Assembly (NCBI GenBank): GCA_043228905.1
Contig: JBHGNT010000004.1
Span: forward strand, 8,494,001-8,558,000
Length of the DNA stretch: 64,000 nt
DNA from: Azolla caroliniana
Lineage: Eukaryota; Plantae; Polypodiophyta
Reading direction: 5' to 3'
Positions 1-12,450 of the stretch are shown here, one piece after another. The notes under the pieces were generated by a model. The model was not told where the DNA came from. It searched no databases and saw only the letters and a list, made by a program, of their open reading frames with translations. The translations under genes were made by a program, and so were the position numbers. Position 1 is the first letter of the stretch. Every line of letters starts with the position of its first letter.

Positions 1-303
1 GCTAATTAGCGACTATCATACTTTAGCTGAGTAGCTAATTAGCTAAGTGGTAGCTAAGTAGCTACTACCATAGTTTAGTACAGTAGCTAATTAGCTACTA
101 CTTAGCTAATTAGCTACGGCCATAGTTTAGTACAGTAGCTAATTATCTACTACATACTTTAGTTATAGTGGCTAATTAGCTAGTACCAGGTTGTAGTGTA
201 GTAGCCAATTAGCTAGTACCATACCTAAGTGAAGTAGCTAATTAGTTACTGTCATAGTCTGGAAGAATAGCTAGTTAGCTAAGATGTAGCTAGTTAGCGA
301 CCA
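1..303. repeat. Minisatellite built on the palindrome TAGCTAATTAGCTA with alternating spacer modules
   Basis: Repeated gctaattagc/tagctaattagcta separated by ctaccatagtttagtacag, ctaccatactttagctgag or agtgg. Same family as 4540-4720 and 14930-15428. Confidence 0.9.
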
Positions 304-1297
304 TGTTGTTGTAGAATCTTGTGGATTAAGGAGGGCGCATGAGGTGTCTAGTGTTGATGACACTGCAACCGATGAGGAGATAATTGCCAACGTGGCTGAA
401 AGTAAGAGTCCTGCTATCACATCTCCTTCAGATCAGCTCCACCCTATTCTTTTGGAAAATGGTAATGAATTAGGAAACAATGTGAAAAGCCATGAAATAT
501 TGGAAACAACATGTAAATCTGAGGTTCACAACAATAGTGTTTTTGAACACTTGATGCAACATTTCTTCGAATCCCAAAACCTTGTTTCCACCCCACTGAG
601 CCTAACTACTGATAATGTCCAAACATATCCCACTGTATTGGAAAAGCTAGTGCAAGACGTGGCTGACCTGCAAGCCATTTCTGAGGTGATGGAAAGGTTG
701 TCGAAGGAGGAAACACTTGCGCAATAGGTCAAAGAAGCAAGGCTAAATGGGCAACCGACTAGAAAAAGGCTGAAGAAGAAGCCACGATCAGGAACAAGAC
801 CAGTTACTTGGTCAAGGGGCTCTTGAATTAGAGTGAAATACTTATTAGTGGGATATGATTGTTAGCGATTTTCCTAGGGTTTTATGAAGTTTTACTATGA
901 TCTATTTGGACAAGTAAAACCTTAGATTGGTTGTTGCTCTAAGCACATTATGTAATGGAACTCTATGATATTTCTCCAAGATAATTATGTTCATGTTGTT
1001 CTATCATGGAAAATATTTCATGTTCATTATGTTGTTTTGTGAGACTATTAGTTACTTTGTGAGTGTGAATATGTTGGTGTTTTCTGATGTTGTAGAGTCT
1101 AAAGGGTTTGAATCTATTGCTCCTAAGGCCGATGGCAGTGTGGAAACTGTTGATGTTGTTGCGTGTTTAGAGGGCCACATCTTGAAAGTAGATGTAGCAA
1201 CTGACACAAATGATTGGTCACGCAAGTTGATCAAGCATGTTGCACAGATGATCTGATTTTGTAGCTAGATGCAGCATGTGATACCAGTGGGCTGATA

Positions 1298-2058
1298 TTG
1301 GCCATATCAATATCTACATGCACCGAACCAATGACTAAGTCGACAACACAAGAGCACCAGAATGTGAAGCCAAACCCAACACAGTCGACCAGGGGTTTGA
1401 AGAGGAAAAGGACACCAATTGTGCCGACAGAACCTGAGTTGATTGAAATTGATCATGGGCTACCAGTAATTGGTATAACAGAGGCTCAACTACAGGAATG
1501 GAAACCTAAACCATTAGAAGTCGAAAGAAGATCCTTGATCTTGGAGCTTGATAAAGACCTTATGAGTGTGCGATATATGACACCAAGGAGAGACACAAAT
1601 CAATTTCTGGAGTGGGTTGTGCAATACTTTGATTTGTTTATTTGGATCGAAAAAACACATAAAGATGTGTGGAAGTGTGTAGAAAGATTCTTCCCGAAGT
1701 GGCGACAACATTTCGTGGGTCAGTGGACACGAGAGAATTGTGAGCAGAAGGATGTTGCAAGATTCAAAAGACTTTCTGATTTTTGGGACACTTGGCCAGA
1801 TTATAATGCCAAAAATACATTGATTCTAGATACAGAACATTTTCGACATTACTTCAACATTTGCAGATGCTATCTCATTCTACCCGATGAAATGCTTGAA
1901 CACTATTTGGTGAAAACATTGAGCTGCCAACTAGCTACATGGTTGTGAACTCCATACCGAGCTCGGTATGCAGATCATATATGTAGAGAAGTTCCATTGA
2001 CTAGCAAGAGCTTAGCTTTTTATAGGCGATTTGAAGACATTGGCAATGGGATGTTATA
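1298..2058 (+). pseudogene. FCP1/NIF-like HAD-fold phosphatase-related gene, probably TE cargo, degenerate
   Basis: ORF 1298-1948 has SLILELDKDL, RRDTNQFLEWVVQYFDLFIW, FKRLSDFW..YNAKNTLILD in the motif order of the FCP1-homology domain. Catalytic DxDxT is not intact. A TGA at 1946-1948 interrupts a frame that continues to about 2058. Confidence 0.55.
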
Positions 2059-2461
2059 AATATGTAATTTGCTACCACTTAATCAATGAAGAATTAAATT
2101 GCTTGTTTTGAGTAACTTATTTACTATGTAATTTTAAGAGTATGTTCAGGATTGTTGATTTCATGATAGTGCGTTTTCTTAAAATTATGCAAACTATTTT
2201 AACTTGTACATGGTTCACTTGAGTAAATCTATATCTTAGAAAGAAGAACCCTAAACGATATTATTAAACTGTATATCAGAAAGAAGACTGTATATCAGAA
2301 AGAAGACTATATATAAAAATGACACACGATTGTGTTGAGAATGAAGCACAAAAAGTAGACTGTATATAAAAAAAAACTCTCAAATAGGTCCATTAAACTG
2401 TTTATTTGCAATACATGTGCTTTGTTTGTTTTACAAGAAAACTGGTAATTGTTACTTGTAG

Positions 2462-4513
2462 CTACAAATTCCATGGCATACTATTGTAAATACATTCATA
2501 CACATTAGCACTAATTGTGTATAAACCTGAGCAATTATTGCATTGCGACATTGGGACATTGATACACCTAACCAAATGAGAGTACATGTATGCCATTGGT
2601 TTGTTTTCTAATAGCCTATACACATAATCGTAATCATCTAGTCTTGCATAAAAAATATCTTCAATGTAGAATGTCCCGGTAGATACAACATTTACCCAAG
2701 CATCTAATATATTTTGCGTTGCACACTATTTACTAACCGTGCACTTCAATATATAGAAATCAGCACCCTCTGAATTTCCTACTTCTACATTTACAGCAAA
2801 ATTATCCCCAACATTTAAGACATCACTCAGAGTATCTCCACGTCCTTGATATGTGAAGTCAACATTTGTTTCTATTTCTCCATCAACTACTTCCTTATCG
2901 TTCAATGTATGATACTCCCAATTTTGAATATATGCTTTGTTTAAACAATACCTCCAATTTCCCTGCACACAATGGAAACAAAAACAAGTTAATTCTCTAA
3001 CCATAATACAATGACCATCCAACCTAGAATAACCGCGAATAGCTCAGAGTATCTCCACGTCCTTGATATGTGAAGTCAACATTCGTTTCTATTTCTCCAT
3101 CAACTGCTTCCTTAATGTTCAATGTATGATACTCCCAATTCTGAATATATGCTTTGTTTAAACAATACCTCCAATTTCTTTGCGCACAATGGAAGCAAAA
3201 ACAAGTTAATTCTCTAACCGCAATACAATGACCATCCAACCTAGAATAACCGCGAACATCATGGAGAGATCGCAATTCGGGAATTCCTTGGCACTCCCAG
3301 GTTTTCTCCCTATTTACTTCATCTATCTTCACTTACCAAACTTCACGTTTGATATCTCAGACTTGCGAGGAATAAACACCAATTGCACTCGTTGACATAT
3401 TAGCTCTTAAAAACTCAACTACATGTGTTGCACAATTCATCTACACACCATCTGCCTTTAGTTGTTCATGGGTAAGTGCCCGCTTTATAACAGCACCTAC
3501 ACCATCATGTTCACCTTTACCATGGCCAGACCCAAAAAAATTCCATCTCATCTCCAAACTTGTTATAGCATGATACCTCCCCACAAAATAAAATGGACGT
3601 CTAGCCTTGAATCGTGACACAACTCCATCAAACCAGACCCAATGTTGAGTAATCTCCAAACGTTTAGCTAATAACCATTGCCAATGTAAGTTAAAACAAT
3701 GTTGGACGAACAAGGTATCATGCTTCTATCATCATAAATAAAAAAATCAATTACTTTTTTAACATCACCTAAAACTTGAAAATATGTTATGTGCACAAAA
3801 ATGGTTACCTGCATTGAACACCAATGCATAGATTGAATTTCATTCTGCTTCTTGAATGTATAATTCTCTAGGAAATCTACTACTAAGACTACTACATCAT
3901 TTGGAAAATCAGATATGCAAGTCTTAAACTGATGGGCTTGCCATGAATAAATGAAGTTGTGTTTAATGAACTTTCCTAGAGATACTACAAATAGAGACGC
4001 CAAATCCCTTGGTTTAAGCGACTTCCTAACTAAATCCTTTCTTTTACACACCTTTCCTTCGAAATTGGTGTCAACTGACTCAAATAACTTGACAGAGATT
4101 AATATTTCACTACTCAATTCATTTGGACACCACCTAAATCTACTAGGGCCACAATCTTAACATAAACCCATAACACATTTATGACTGTGGAAGATGGCCT
4201 CAATTTCTCACAATACTGAATCTAAAAGACAACTCATGGAAGAGATAACATGCTCAGATGATTTACAGTGCTCATGCAGGATCTATCGAAAAATTGGGCA
4301 CTCACAAGTTCAAACTGCATTTGTTAGGGAGGCGCTATGGTGACGTAGTAGATTAACAGAGTCCTTGAGAAAACCCATTTGTACATGGTAAATGCAACAA
4401 CATGTGTAACGATCCTTCAAGCGTCTCACAAAGTGTGGCTTACGAGACTCGAATGTTCGTAGTTGAAGTTTGATATTTGGATGCATTCGCTTAAACCTAA
4501 TAAATCAATCGAC
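2462..4513 (-). pseudogene. Sola-like DDD transposase (outer element), fragmented
   Basis: Motifs across ORFs: RYTCCCIYH, VVDFLENYTF..QNEIQSMHW..QVT, WFDG..RFK, WNFFGSGHGKGEHDGVGAVIKR, RELTCFCFHC. Stops and frameshifts present. Splice acceptor at 4514-4515; upstream exon not identified. Confidence 0.7.
2826..3256. repeat. Tandem duplication (217-bp period) inside the outer transposase
   Basis: ctcagagtatctccacg...aaccgcgaa starts at 2826 and 3043. ORFs 2726-3022 and 3024-3332 repeat the same peptide. Confidence 0.9.
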
Positions 4514-4539
4514 CTGCGTAATAAAATGGACATACTGAT

Positions 4540-4720
4540 TAGCTCTATGGCTAAGTGGTAGCTAATTAGCTACTACTATAGTTTAGTACAGTAGCTAATT
4601 AGCTACTACCATAGTTTAGTACAATAGTTAATTAGGTAAGTGGTAGCTAATTAGCTACTACCATAGTTTAGTACAGTAGCTAATTAGTTAAGTGGTAGCT
4701 AACTAGCTACTACCATAGTG
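4540..4720. repeat. TAGCTAATTAGCTA minisatellite, left part of array split by the 4721-14929 insertion
   Basis: Same units as 1-303. The unit broken at taccatagtg resumes as tagtacagtagc after 14933. Confidence 0.9.
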
Positions 4721-5100
4721 AACACGTTCGCGTTCACAAGTGGAAGGATCGCGCACTCTACTTGTAGAATCTTCTTGAAAATCTCCAAATATACCCCCTC
4801 TACAAAAATTGGATGCACTAGTATCACATGTTCCACAATTTGATTAGAATTTGCAAATATAAAAATACATGATAGGTCTACGAGTGGAGATCATTAGAAA
4901 TTCAAATAAGTTTGGATGTGTTGATAAGTTAATGTAGGCATAATAAAGTTCAACAATGGCTCAATATCTCACTAATGTGCAACATGGGAAACACTAAGTT
5001 AAAGACTTATATTAATTTGGTAAGTTTTACAAAAATATGAGGTGTACTTGTAACCATACTAATAAAATGAGTTATAATTTATACTTTGACCCATACTCAC

Positions 5101-5352
5101 ATGTATATAATTGTGGACAATGTAGGATAGTGAACTTTAGGATAATGTGATTGGAATAACTAACTTATTAAGGTATTTAATACTTATATTTAAAGTTGAT
5201 CTAATCTATTCCTCAGTTTATTCGTATAGAATCAAACCATATGTATATAATTGTGGACAATGTAAGACAATGAACTTTAAGATAATGTGGTGGAAATAAC
5301 AAACCTATTAAGGCTTTCATACTTGTATTTAAAATTGATCTAATGTATTCCT
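5101..5352. repeat. Direct repeat (140-bp period) in the left arm of the transposon
   Basis: atgtatataattgtggacaatgta...ttgatctaat starts at 5101 and 5241. Confidence 0.8.
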
Positions 5353-5730
5353 TACGTGATTCACACTGGATCAAACGCCGAACGATAACGCTAGTCACAA
5401 TCAAAGCAACAATGGAAGAGAAACATAATAGTTTTAACAATAGAAGACAAAGATCCATAATAACAACATGGACAGTCATGGCAACAATTCTACGACCATA
5501 TTATGTTAAGGTAAAGTTTGACCAAAATCAGCCTTAATTTAAACTAATTCATGTTTCTCCATATTGGTAGTCAGCAATGAAACCAATGTCATAAGTCTAC
5601 TAACCAAGTATATAGAAATAAAATTGAAACATATAGAAAATTATAAAGAATAGAATCCACCAAGTAAAACCCAAAATCTGTATTAATAATTTGAATTCCA
5701 AACAATACATTTTGTGAACAAAAGAGTCTA

Positions 5731-7902
5731 TTACATAGCAAGCAAATCGTCAATGTCATTTTCTTCTTCATCCTGTATAGAAGTCTCTTCGGCTATACGT
5801 GCATTGTCTTCCCCTGTTAGCCGAGCCGACAAAATATCTTTTATAAGCTCATAATCAAGCTCTATTAGCTCCCCCGATTCCTCGGCTAACGGACGAATAG
5901 GTTCTCGCGAAGCAAGTTGAAACCTTTCGGTATCAGCGAGGTTCTTTGCACCGACCTCCTCGTCCTGGTCTGGGCACTCCCACAAAGCCTTAATCTTCAT
6001 GTTTTTAAACATAACCTGCTCCTCGTCCTTCTCCAATGCAATTGTGTTCCTAAAGATCTTCAATGCACATGCAGACGTTGTCCTTGTGAAGAAAGTAACA
6101 AGAAGAATTAGTTTTCAAACAAAAAAGATTCAGTATTGGTCATCTCAAGATTGTTAACCTAGTTCGAGGAATACCTGTGCCAGAAAAGAGGTCTAATAGC
6201 CAATCTCCTTCTACAGAAAACATCTCGATCAAGCGCATCATAAGTTGTTGAGGTTTTTGGTATGGGTTGACAAGTCCCCATTCTGTCATGGTGACATGTC
6301 GCAATTTTCGTGTCACTACTGGATATACCAGTAGATTTGAACCGCCCACTTCATTAGAATGCTCCTTGATTCTTTGTTTCTTAATTTCATCGAAGTAGCC
6401 AACCGTAATGTATTCAATGGCATTTACGAACCGAAAGGTTGGCCCTCTATTTACATTGGTTTTTATCCTATAACAAATATTACATCGAGTTAAGAATAGA
6501 TTGAACAATCTTAAGAAAGGCAATATAGTGAATGAGACATATAAATAATCCTTACCATGCAAGGTTCTCGATGCCATGGCAATGAGATCTCAAAGCTTGA
6601 GCTACCGAGTACCCTTGGTCCATACTATGAAAGACAATTATTCTCCACAAGGATGCAGTCGTTAGCTCAACAAAATCCTTGACCATCTTCTCTAACTGTT
6701 TAAACCTAAATGGTTCATTGTCGTATGATGACCCTGCCATTCGAAATCCATATGGAATATCAGCAATCATGAGCGTATATTCCTTCTTTGGCACTTTTTG
6801 GATCATGTCAACGACATCACCACAAACCATGTTGTAGTAAAGATCTCTCGTAATATCCTTTTGTGGCTAAATTTTTTGAAGGAGCCATCTTCCTCAATTT
6901 CGTACGCCTTGACTAAGCGACGATCCTTTTCTTTTCTGGCTCTCTCGAGATGTGAAAGGAAGGATGTCGGGAAATCGTGTATATCCTTAACTTCTCCTTG
7001 TTTCTTACCATGACACGGTTACTAATAGAAGCAATAAGACATCAAGTATTATTACACAACCTCTACATATGAGGAAAGCTTAATGATAAAACACCAATAC
7101 TAACCCAATCCTTGAATGCAATAAAATACTCGGATAACGCCTTATATGAAGACATTAGGGGATAATCCTCGGTCACTTGTTCCCAAGTTATACATCCAAG
7201 TTGTTTCATCATAACTTCTTGGATCTTCACGTACACCTTATGACTGTGAAATTAGAAAACGAGATTAGAACTTTCAATTGCACCATATTGAATTCAATAT
7301 CACTATTTGAAAGACTTACTTATTGCACTCAGTGACCATTTCCTCAAGGCTTAAATCTTTCGCCACAACCCTTGACAAAACAGACACAAGAAGTTGCTCA
7401 TCCTTAATACCTTGCATCGCTCTCCACAGAGACAGCTTTATGTCGTCAACCGCGTCTTCAATTGTCAAATCAATTTTCTTGGCCGCTTGTGACTTTAATT
7501 CTAGTTGAGGGTCTACCTTACATTTCTTTTGTCATTGACCCTTGACCTCCTTATTCTCCCACAATGAGAAGATTTGATCTTGTAGGTCCCATACTTCTCC
7601 ATCTCTAAAGGCAAGTTGAAACTAGGACTCCTATGACAGAAATACACGCTCCCTAAGCACAACGCTCAGCCACAACCGAGGCTAGGATCAAACACCGAAA
7701 ACGGGTAATGAACGCACGACACAGTAAAGAGAAGAGTACACTGGATGTTAACGTGGAAACCCAAACTAGGGAAAAACCACGGCAGCCCACAGACTGCAAA
7801 CTATCACTATAACAACAATGTACAATAGTAAAGCACCGAGGCAACGACCTCGAGCTTGCTATCTTCGCCACAGGCGGCGGTTACAACAGAGGCAACGACC
7901 TC

Positions 7903-7944
<42 letters not shown>

Positions 7945-9609
7945 CACGGTTACGCACTCAAATCTTGCACAAACAAGAATGACAACTACTATATCACTAA
8001 GTTTGCCCTAAGTCATATTTATACTAATATGACTTTTCGGCTATTTACAAATATAGCCCCAATGGACTCTCAGAAAACATATTTACGAATATGTCCCTTC
8101 ATCCGGTGAGCACTTCTCACCGGGCCTTCACCATCCGGCTCTTGCCGAGTACTCGTCATCTAGTTCTCACCGGGTCTTCCGTAGCCAGGTACACCACATC
8201 CGGTTTCGGCCTCGGCCGAGTTTGCTCATCGACACTGTTCTTCTCACTTCCCATCCGGAGGGACCTGTTTCCTAACATCATATTTCCGAAGACTATCAGA
8301 CTTAACATTATCATCCACCACAATGCCGACTTCATGCAAGCATTGACGTCGTAGGCCTGGATGTAGCTTCACACCGAACTTTTGTTTGACGTCCAAGTAC
8401 CCGTGGTGGAAGAACCTTATACTCTCAATCGATGACATTTTCTTCCTATAGTCATTATCGTTATTGTGGTCCCATGCCAACAGCCTTGCCTCTTAAGTTG
8501 TGAGGTCGACGTCAATTTTGCACTCAGCATACTCGAAGAAGAAAGTCGTTGGATGTTCTCTCACAAGTTGTCAACGTGCCTCCGCCGAATGCGATCCACC
8601 CATTACAAAGTAGTTGTATTGATCATGCTTTCTTATGTTGAATTCTTCTATGGTTGCACATTCTTTGGGATCCACCATAACAATAAAAGGCACAACGGTA
8701 GCATGTGGATTAATTTTCATTTTTTTCTTGAGATTTTGAACATGCATTCGGTGTGGCTCTCTGATCTCAAGTGGTCTTCGTCCTGTTTTTTCATCTACAG
8801 GGAGCCGATGGATGTGTGTTATAGGCAAATTAAACACTTGCCCTTTTCTGACCAGTTTACGTTGCATTAACTCTCTCTGTATCTTATTCTACTCGGATGA
8901 CAACACACCTAATGCCAGCTCATCTCCTGGCGTCCCCCTAGTGTCCTCATCTTCGTTTGAGCTTGATGAGTTGGAGTCCGACATTTTAGTGGTCTTCTTT
9001 TTTGGTTGTCTTGATTGCACTTTGGATGCCCTTTTCGAGGCCTTCACTGGGGAGGGCAAGGGCTCCCTTAGAGTTACATGGCCTTGTATAGAAAGACTCA
9101 AGGTGACAATAAGGTTTTGTGAGCTTTCTAGATCTTTTTTAAAGGATTCTGGCCCACAAGATTCCTTTACTAGTAGATCTTCAAAAAGGTACACTTTACA
9201 TACCCCCTTAGAGCACTCTATCAAATTTACAAGAATGTTGGCCAAATCTGAATCTTCGTAGTCAAATCGTAGAATACAGCCATACATAAATGTGGTTTCA
9301 TTTTCAAGCTTCCCGTCGCCCTTCTTTTTTGGTGTATACAGCACGACTTTTTTCTTGGAGTCGACGTATTGCATACACCATTTCTTGTCTGTTAGATCAC
9401 GGTCATGAAGGTCCTCACCACCAATAGCTGCTAACATTTTCTTTTGGCTGACATCATCGGATGGTTGAGATTTTGTCTCCTCGTTGAAGAGAAGCTTTTT
9501 TCCTCTCTTCATGTTCTGAGGAACTATTAGTTTCTGGGTCTCAATTGGAGAGCCCTGAATCTGGAGCTTTATCTTCTTCACAGGTTGGTCCGACAAGTTC
9601 CCAAACGAC
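5731..9609 (-). pseudogene. Spliced ParB/Srx-like domain + beta-class N6A/N4C DNA methyltransferase fusion gene
   Basis: ParB-like block LPITHIH..REPHRMHVQNLKKKMKINP..PFIVMVD..YFVMGGSHSAEAR (8571-8867). MTase blocks CGDVVDMI..YTLMIADIPYG (motif IV), NPYQKPQQLMMRLIEMFSVEGDWLLDLFSGTG|TTSACALKIFRNTIALEKD (motif I onward). Inferred exons 9609-7320, 7243-7105, 7021-6556, 6467-6175 and ~6083-5731 (last acceptor looks mutated), with a probable upstream exon ending at 10257. Disrupted by stops and a solo LTR. Confidence 0.85.
7634..8277. mobile_element. Solo LTR (TG...CA) inserted in the ParB-MTase gene
   Basis: Starts tgacag, ends cctaaca, flanked by tccta/tcata (5-bp TSD, one mismatch). Excision rejoins RKY-ES(*)FQLAF. 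Contains a (CT)n tract. Confidence 0.8.
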
Positions 9610-10423
9610 CTATTTAAAAAAGGACATGCGAAAATATAAGTTAAGTGGTTGCATATTAAAATATAGATTACGATTGTATATTAAAATATACATAAGTAGA
9701 TGAAGACAAAAACTAGAAGGCGATTTGTGGCAAACTATAAATATCAATCTTATATTGAGTGAACATGATATTCCTTTATTCGGAAATTAATTCTAGTAAG
9801 GGCTATTCAACTTCAAAAATTATACAAGGATATGCATCATATTGAAGGGTAGGTATGGCTTATATTGATTCAATACCCATATTGTAGAGAATTTGCATAA
9901 GACAGACTTAAATTTGGTATCATAAAGGTAATTCGCAGGTTATTTTCTATTATTTTAAGCTATTATAAGTCATAAAACCTTTTTAAGTAAGGCCACTAGT
10001 TGTTACAAAATATAGCAAATGTCACTAAAAAAGTCTAAATTGGACATAAAGTTTGGTATCTTTTCACACATAAACTAAATTGTACCCCCAAAGACACAAT
10101 ATTCCTGTTTAAAGTTTGTGTTTTGCACAGGAACTCAATACGGCGTATCAAGTTCCTGTGTAAAGTATGTGTTTTATACAGGAACTCGATATGGTGTATC
10201 GAGTTCCTGAGTGCTAAAACATATTTACAAAAATGTCTGAAGTGTCAAAGGCTTACCTGGAGTCTTGGTGCTCGATTTTCTTTAAAGACATGGTTGATCT
10301 TGTCGATGTTTAGGGGGAGATCTCACTTTGGTGCTTCGTATTCTGTGTGCTTTGTTTGCTCTATGTGCTCTTGTGCTTTGTTCTACGCGTGTGCTTCGTG
10401 TGACTAAGATATGAGGAGGTTTT

Positions 10424-11147
10424 CCTATTTATAGGGATTGATCACAGTGGTTAAAGTAACCATAATCACTTTAACCAGGGTTGGCAAACTTAAGGTTAGT
10501 TAGTAAGACCTTACAAAGCGTTACTTTATTTAGTACATAATCTCGAGTGTACCCATCACTCTCTAATGGATTTGAATTAAATGATGGTTATGAATGCATC
10601 AATGATTAAATACTCAAACTAACATATTAATGATTATTTTATAGTCAAACTAACATAATGAGACTTTGAAGGTCATAAAGGAAACAATGATAGAGGTTCA
10701 TGAATGAACCAATGATTAAATACTCCAAGCAACATTTTTATGACTCTTAATTGCTTTGTATTAAAGATGTGGCCATAAATGAACCAATGATTGAATATGC
10801 TTATAATTAACCAATGATTTTAACTTTAAACCAACATATATATGGCTTGGTAATGATTGTAATTATATTATACTTGATGGCTAAAGTAATTTTAATTTGA
10901 ATTATATATTATCGGATTAATAAGGTATAAAAAATAATTGATTTAACTTTATACTGACTAGTTTAAGTAATTATTAATATGTTGAATACAATTATTATAT
11001 TAAAAATAATATATTTATTTATTGTATTAATAGAATATTAAATTATATAGACATTATATTGAGGGAGCTTCTGTTTAGAGAGGAGATTATCAATTTTCGT
11101 ATTAGCCCAAGCACATAACTTAAAGAGCTCTGTGTGGACCTTAAGCC
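10424..11147. promoter_or_regulatory. AT-rich divergent intergenic region between MTase and transposase genes; TATA-like box on minus strand
   Basis: cctatttataggg at 10424-10436 reads TATAAATAGG on minus, just upstream of the putative first MTase exon. The region to 11147 is very AT-rich. Confidence 0.45.
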
Positions 11148-11156
11148 ATGAGTGAA

Positions 11157-11300
11157 GACTCACCGTTCTCGATTGATGAATATTGTCTATCATCAGACTC
11201 TTCGTTTTTTACCGAAGAGTATTGCCTATCGACAGACATACCATTTTCTATCGAAGAATATTGTCTGTCGATAGACTCACCATTTTCTATTGAATGTCTA
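11157..11300 (+). repeat. 39-bp coding tandem repeat, about 4 copies (DSPFSIEEYCLSx)
   Basis: Units start at 11157, 11196, 11235 and 11274. Confidence 0.85.
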
Positions 11301-11802
11301 AGCTCATCTTCACCTACAACGCATGTGAATAATGACACATGTGAAGAGTTCTCTATTGAAGAATATGATATTAATAAAGATATGGAGACTGAAGGTAGTG
11401 CCAATGAAACATCGAATATCATGGGCGATAGTCACAACAAAGAATTGGATAGTAACAAGGTTACACCAACTTCTATGCAGGAAGAGAAATCCGAAAGCCC
11501 TATGCATATTAGAAGAATCCCACGAAGAATTCATCTGGTTAGATTTAACTTGGTGACATCAGATAAGCAGATTGGATTTGATGTCAAAAAAATATGGTGT
11601 GTCCGTGGTTGTATGTCTATGATTGGAAAATCAAAGTTGCGCGAATTAAGGCGATACTATTTTTCGATGACTGGTGATGAGCAAGACACTTACCTCGGGT
11701 CACATATGCAACTAGTGTCTGACAAATGTATGGGAATCAAAGTATCATTTGAGTATTATATCTTCCATGCGCAACAGATATGTAGAATTGCATTCAAAAT
11801 TG

Positions 11803-12450
11803 TGAAGAATATGCGGAATAATGCTCGGCCACAACTAAGACTTCAATCACTTCGTTAGAATCACAACCACAGAAGAAATTTGCAATGAAAGTAAATGCAC
11901 ATATACACAGACAATATGAGAGAGAGGGTACACAGTATGTTAACCTGGAAAACCCTGAGAGGGAAAAACCACGGGAGCCCACAAACTCCAAACTATCACT
12001 ATGTCAAGGAATACAACATGGAGCACAGAGGCAACGACCTCTTGCTCTCAACCTTCACCTGGCGGCGGTTACAGCAGAGACACACTCTCTGTATCGCTCC
12101 CTCTCTCTCTCTCTCTCTATTATGCTTTGTACAGCCATTACGACAATATGAGAACACCCAAGTATATATAATGTTTGCCCTAGGTCATATTTATACTAAT
12201 ATGACTTTCGGGCTATTTACAAATATAGCCCCAGTGGGCTCTCTAGAACATATTTACATATATGTCCCTTCATCCGAAGAGAGGTTCTCACCGGGCCTGC
12301 ATCATCCGGTTCTCACTGGATATTCCGTTGCCGGCTACTCCTCATCTGGTTTTCACCGGGTCTTCCGTTGTCGGGTACTCCTTATCCGGGTCTCACCGGG
12401 TCTTCCATTGTCAGGTACTTGTATCCCGTCCGGAGGGACCGAAATCCTAA
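11803..12450. mobile_element. Solo LTR of the same family as 7634-8277, inserted in the transposase
   Basis: Shares gggaaaaaccacgg, aaactatcacta, gaggcaacgacctc, gtcatatttatactaat and tccggagggacc with 7634-8277. Transposase peptide CRIAFKI resumes as LCGSNMRLHRV after it. Ends approximate. Confidence 0.75.

Noticed and set aside
5731-9609. Bacterial contamination or a restriction-modification system
   Set aside because: The gene has spliceosomal introns, is interrupted by a plant solo LTR, lies within TIRs, and no endonuclease is present.
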